A stretch of 63,983 nucleotides of DNA, filler included, from Choristocarpus tenellus KU-1152 (lineage: Eukaryota; Protista; Phaeophyceae), in NCBI GenBank assembly GCA_964200185.2. It is 14 parts of 14 records of this genome, joined end to end, with 100 filler letters (N's around TTAATTAATTAA, not from the genome) between each part and the next. Parts side by side here need not be neighbours in the genome. Positions count along the whole stretch, not along the records: positions 60,585 to 63,983 come from CAXNAD020020298.1; 13 more parts are not named here. One strand, written 5' to 3'. The position numbers and the translations under genes were made by a program. The notes beneath the pieces are model-generated. The model had not been told where the DNA came from and made no database searches. It worked only from the letters and a program-made list of their open reading frames with translations. Of the stretch, positions 62,156-63,983 are shown one piece after another (the stretch's first letter is position 1; every line of letters begins with the position of its first letter).

Positions 62156-62588
62156 CGTTTCAACACCTCTCATCCTCTGTCGTGGTAAATAAATTACAAA
62201 CCTCCAGAGAGGTGCAGTAATATGCCTCTCACCAGCTCCAAAGGTGGTGCCTGATTATACCTTCTCCACACACATTATGTAGAATGGGAAAGTCAAATTC
62301 AAAAAACTATGTGCAAAACAACTCTTACAGAAGACAGAAAATATACTCTATTCTACTATGTAGTTGTTACCATTTAATACTTGGTACTTATATACTGTTC
62401 GAGGCGTCTGCCCCTGAGAAGTTGACGTGGAGCACTGCCTGCGTGATGGCCGTTGTAATCTATCACCCTGATGTTGCACTCTACTCGTTTGCAACTTTTG
62501 GCGCCACATCAGTAGCAGAGTGACCAAGAAGCTCACACTTCGAGGTTCAAGACGAAGGAGGCACATCAGAGTTAAGCAACTGTATTGT
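62156..62588. promoter_or_regulatory. Bidirectional promoter POLA1/Aurora with E2F-type (TTTTGGCGCC, 62496-62505) and MSA-core (CCGTTG, 62450-62455) motifs
   Basis: Divergent ATGs 433 bp apart (Aurora start tentative); motif matches to TTTSSCGC and CAACGG. Confidence 0.55.
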
Positions 62589-63864
62589 ATGGGGGATACC
62601 ATGAGATGTGCAACGGCACACAATGCGCAGCAGCTGCATCCTTTCGAGTCTGTCCTGAAAAAGGTCAACACTAATGGCAAAGGTATATTGTATTCCCTGG
62701 TGTGGGTGCAGAAGTTTCTCGTCGGTCCCACCAACGCTCTAGTGATCTAGAAGAAGGAATTTTTTAGTGGTGCTATTGACATGCCGTGATTGCTACCCCT
62801 TTCACAAAGCTCTGTCGATCCGGATCTCCCTGTTTATCAACTGCCACATCCCTCTTAACTGCTCATCCATCTTCATCTGCAACTCTGTCCTTGACCAGAA
62901 AACGTTTCGCCTACAGAGATCAAAGCTAAGGTTGAAAGCAAGGTCAAACTTACTGCAAGCAAACCTCCACTCCAGGTGCCGATCAAGGTGAACGTAGACC
63001 CTAATCCGCCAATCATCATTTTGGACCTGGTTGTAGTGCAAGTCTCTTCTATCTGCCCGACCAACATGCACGTGTTCTCTTGCGCCAGAATACCCTTGTT
63101 TGTGCGCTCTTTGTCCCTTATTTTCTCGTCTAATTGCACTTACAACCTACTGCTCGATATATCAAGCTCAACTATGCCCTGGCTCCCACTGCGATCAGTC
63201 GGTGACCTCCAACGCGATGTTTGGAGCCCCTCAACGTGTCCGACTAAAGTCCAATGAATCGGCAAAGAAGGGGAAACATTGGAGCCTCTCTGACTTCGAG
63301 ATCGGAACTCCACTGGGGAGGGGGAAGTTCGGATCCGTCTACTTGGCCAGAGAGAAGCGGACCCATTACATCGTCGCGCTCAAAGTGTTGCAAAAGAACC
63401 AGCTCCTGAAGGCCGGAGTCGAACACCAGCTACGGAGAGAGATCGAGATACAGTCACACTTGAGGTGATGGCAATGAAGGGCATCCATTGCGGAGATAGG
63501 CGGATGTAATTGAGGAGACGCAAATGCACCAACTGCCACTTCCCATATCCAGATCGACAGGATTTCACTGCAAACCTACCAACGCTATAATACGAACCTA
63601 CCGTAGAACTTGTATGCACAGCTTATCAGTTCCCTCCAAAACTTCAAAAACTGCAGGCACCGGAACATCCTCCGGCTCTTTGGCTATTTCTATGACGACC
63701 GTCGCATCTACCTCATACTTGAATTCGCGCCGGGGGGTGAACTGTACAAGAAGCTATCAAGCAAGGGACGCTTCAGCGAGGAGCAGAGTGCACGATATGT
63801 ACTGGATGTCGCACAGGCCTTGCACCACTGCCACCAGAAGAAAGTCATCCACCGGGATCTCAAG
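62589..63864 (+). CDS. Aurora kinase, 5' part (continues beyond window)
   Basis: Exons 63199-63464 and 63657-63864 encode [26 protein letters not shown]...IVALKVL...[29 protein letters not shown]...HRDLK, which is diagnostic of Aurora. Upstream exons 62589-62682 and 62917-62987 are phase-compatible but less certain. Confidence 0.93.
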
Positions 63865-63983
63865 GTGAAAGAAAATCAACAGCAGATGGGTTCACTAATG
63901 TGCCATTCAAAGAAATCGTGAGTTCAAGGGGGGGGGGGGGGGACTGGGGAAAATGGGGGACACTTTTTCGGTTCAGTTCCGGA

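Noticed and set aside
17763-63864. Apparent cell-cycle gene cluster (SPC25, POLA1, Aurora, H1-like)
   Set aside because: The genes lie on different concatenated contigs; only POLA1-Aurora adjacency is real.

Overview
Eukaryotic nuclear DNA from a photosynthetic stramenopile (ochrophyte; brown alga or relative). The inference rests on a bipartite signal plus A|F-type plastid-targeting peptide and on spliceosomal introns. The window is not contiguous. Thirteen identical 100-bp spacers (44 N + TTAATTAATTAA + 44 N) join 14 contigs, all complete ones >=2.58 kb, and genes stop at spacers without continuing, so adjacency across spacers should not be trusted. Host genes, reconstructed by splicing exons by hand: last exon of a USP deubiquitinase; a plastid-targeted atypical SDR/Rossmann protein head-to-head with kinetochore Spc25; last exon of COX6A; the last two exons of a Lys/Ala/Val/Pro-rich histone-H1-like protein; and DNA polymerase alpha (POLA1) head-to-head with an Aurora kinase. 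There are three plausible tRNA genes (Val-CAC, Thr-AGT, Leu-CAG) and a decayed tRNA-Ser(AGA). The rest is transposon debris: two Ty3/Gypsy relics (one with a chromodomain), a CRE-like non-LTR relic, a mariner fragment, and about 27 MITE copies in three families sharing a G-N4-AAAGT(A) terminus. The most notable observations are: (i) the main MITE family makes both 3-bp and 4-bp target-site duplications; (ii) CpG-to-TpG/CpA decay implies cytosine methylation; (iii) plant-like E2F and MSA cell-cycle motifs lie in both short bidirectional promoters; (iv) a fold-back rearrangement sits inside a Gypsy gag; (v) a divergent pair of unidentified intronless ORF relics. I see no CRISPR array or prokaryote-type system and cannot claim a new biological system from sequence alone.
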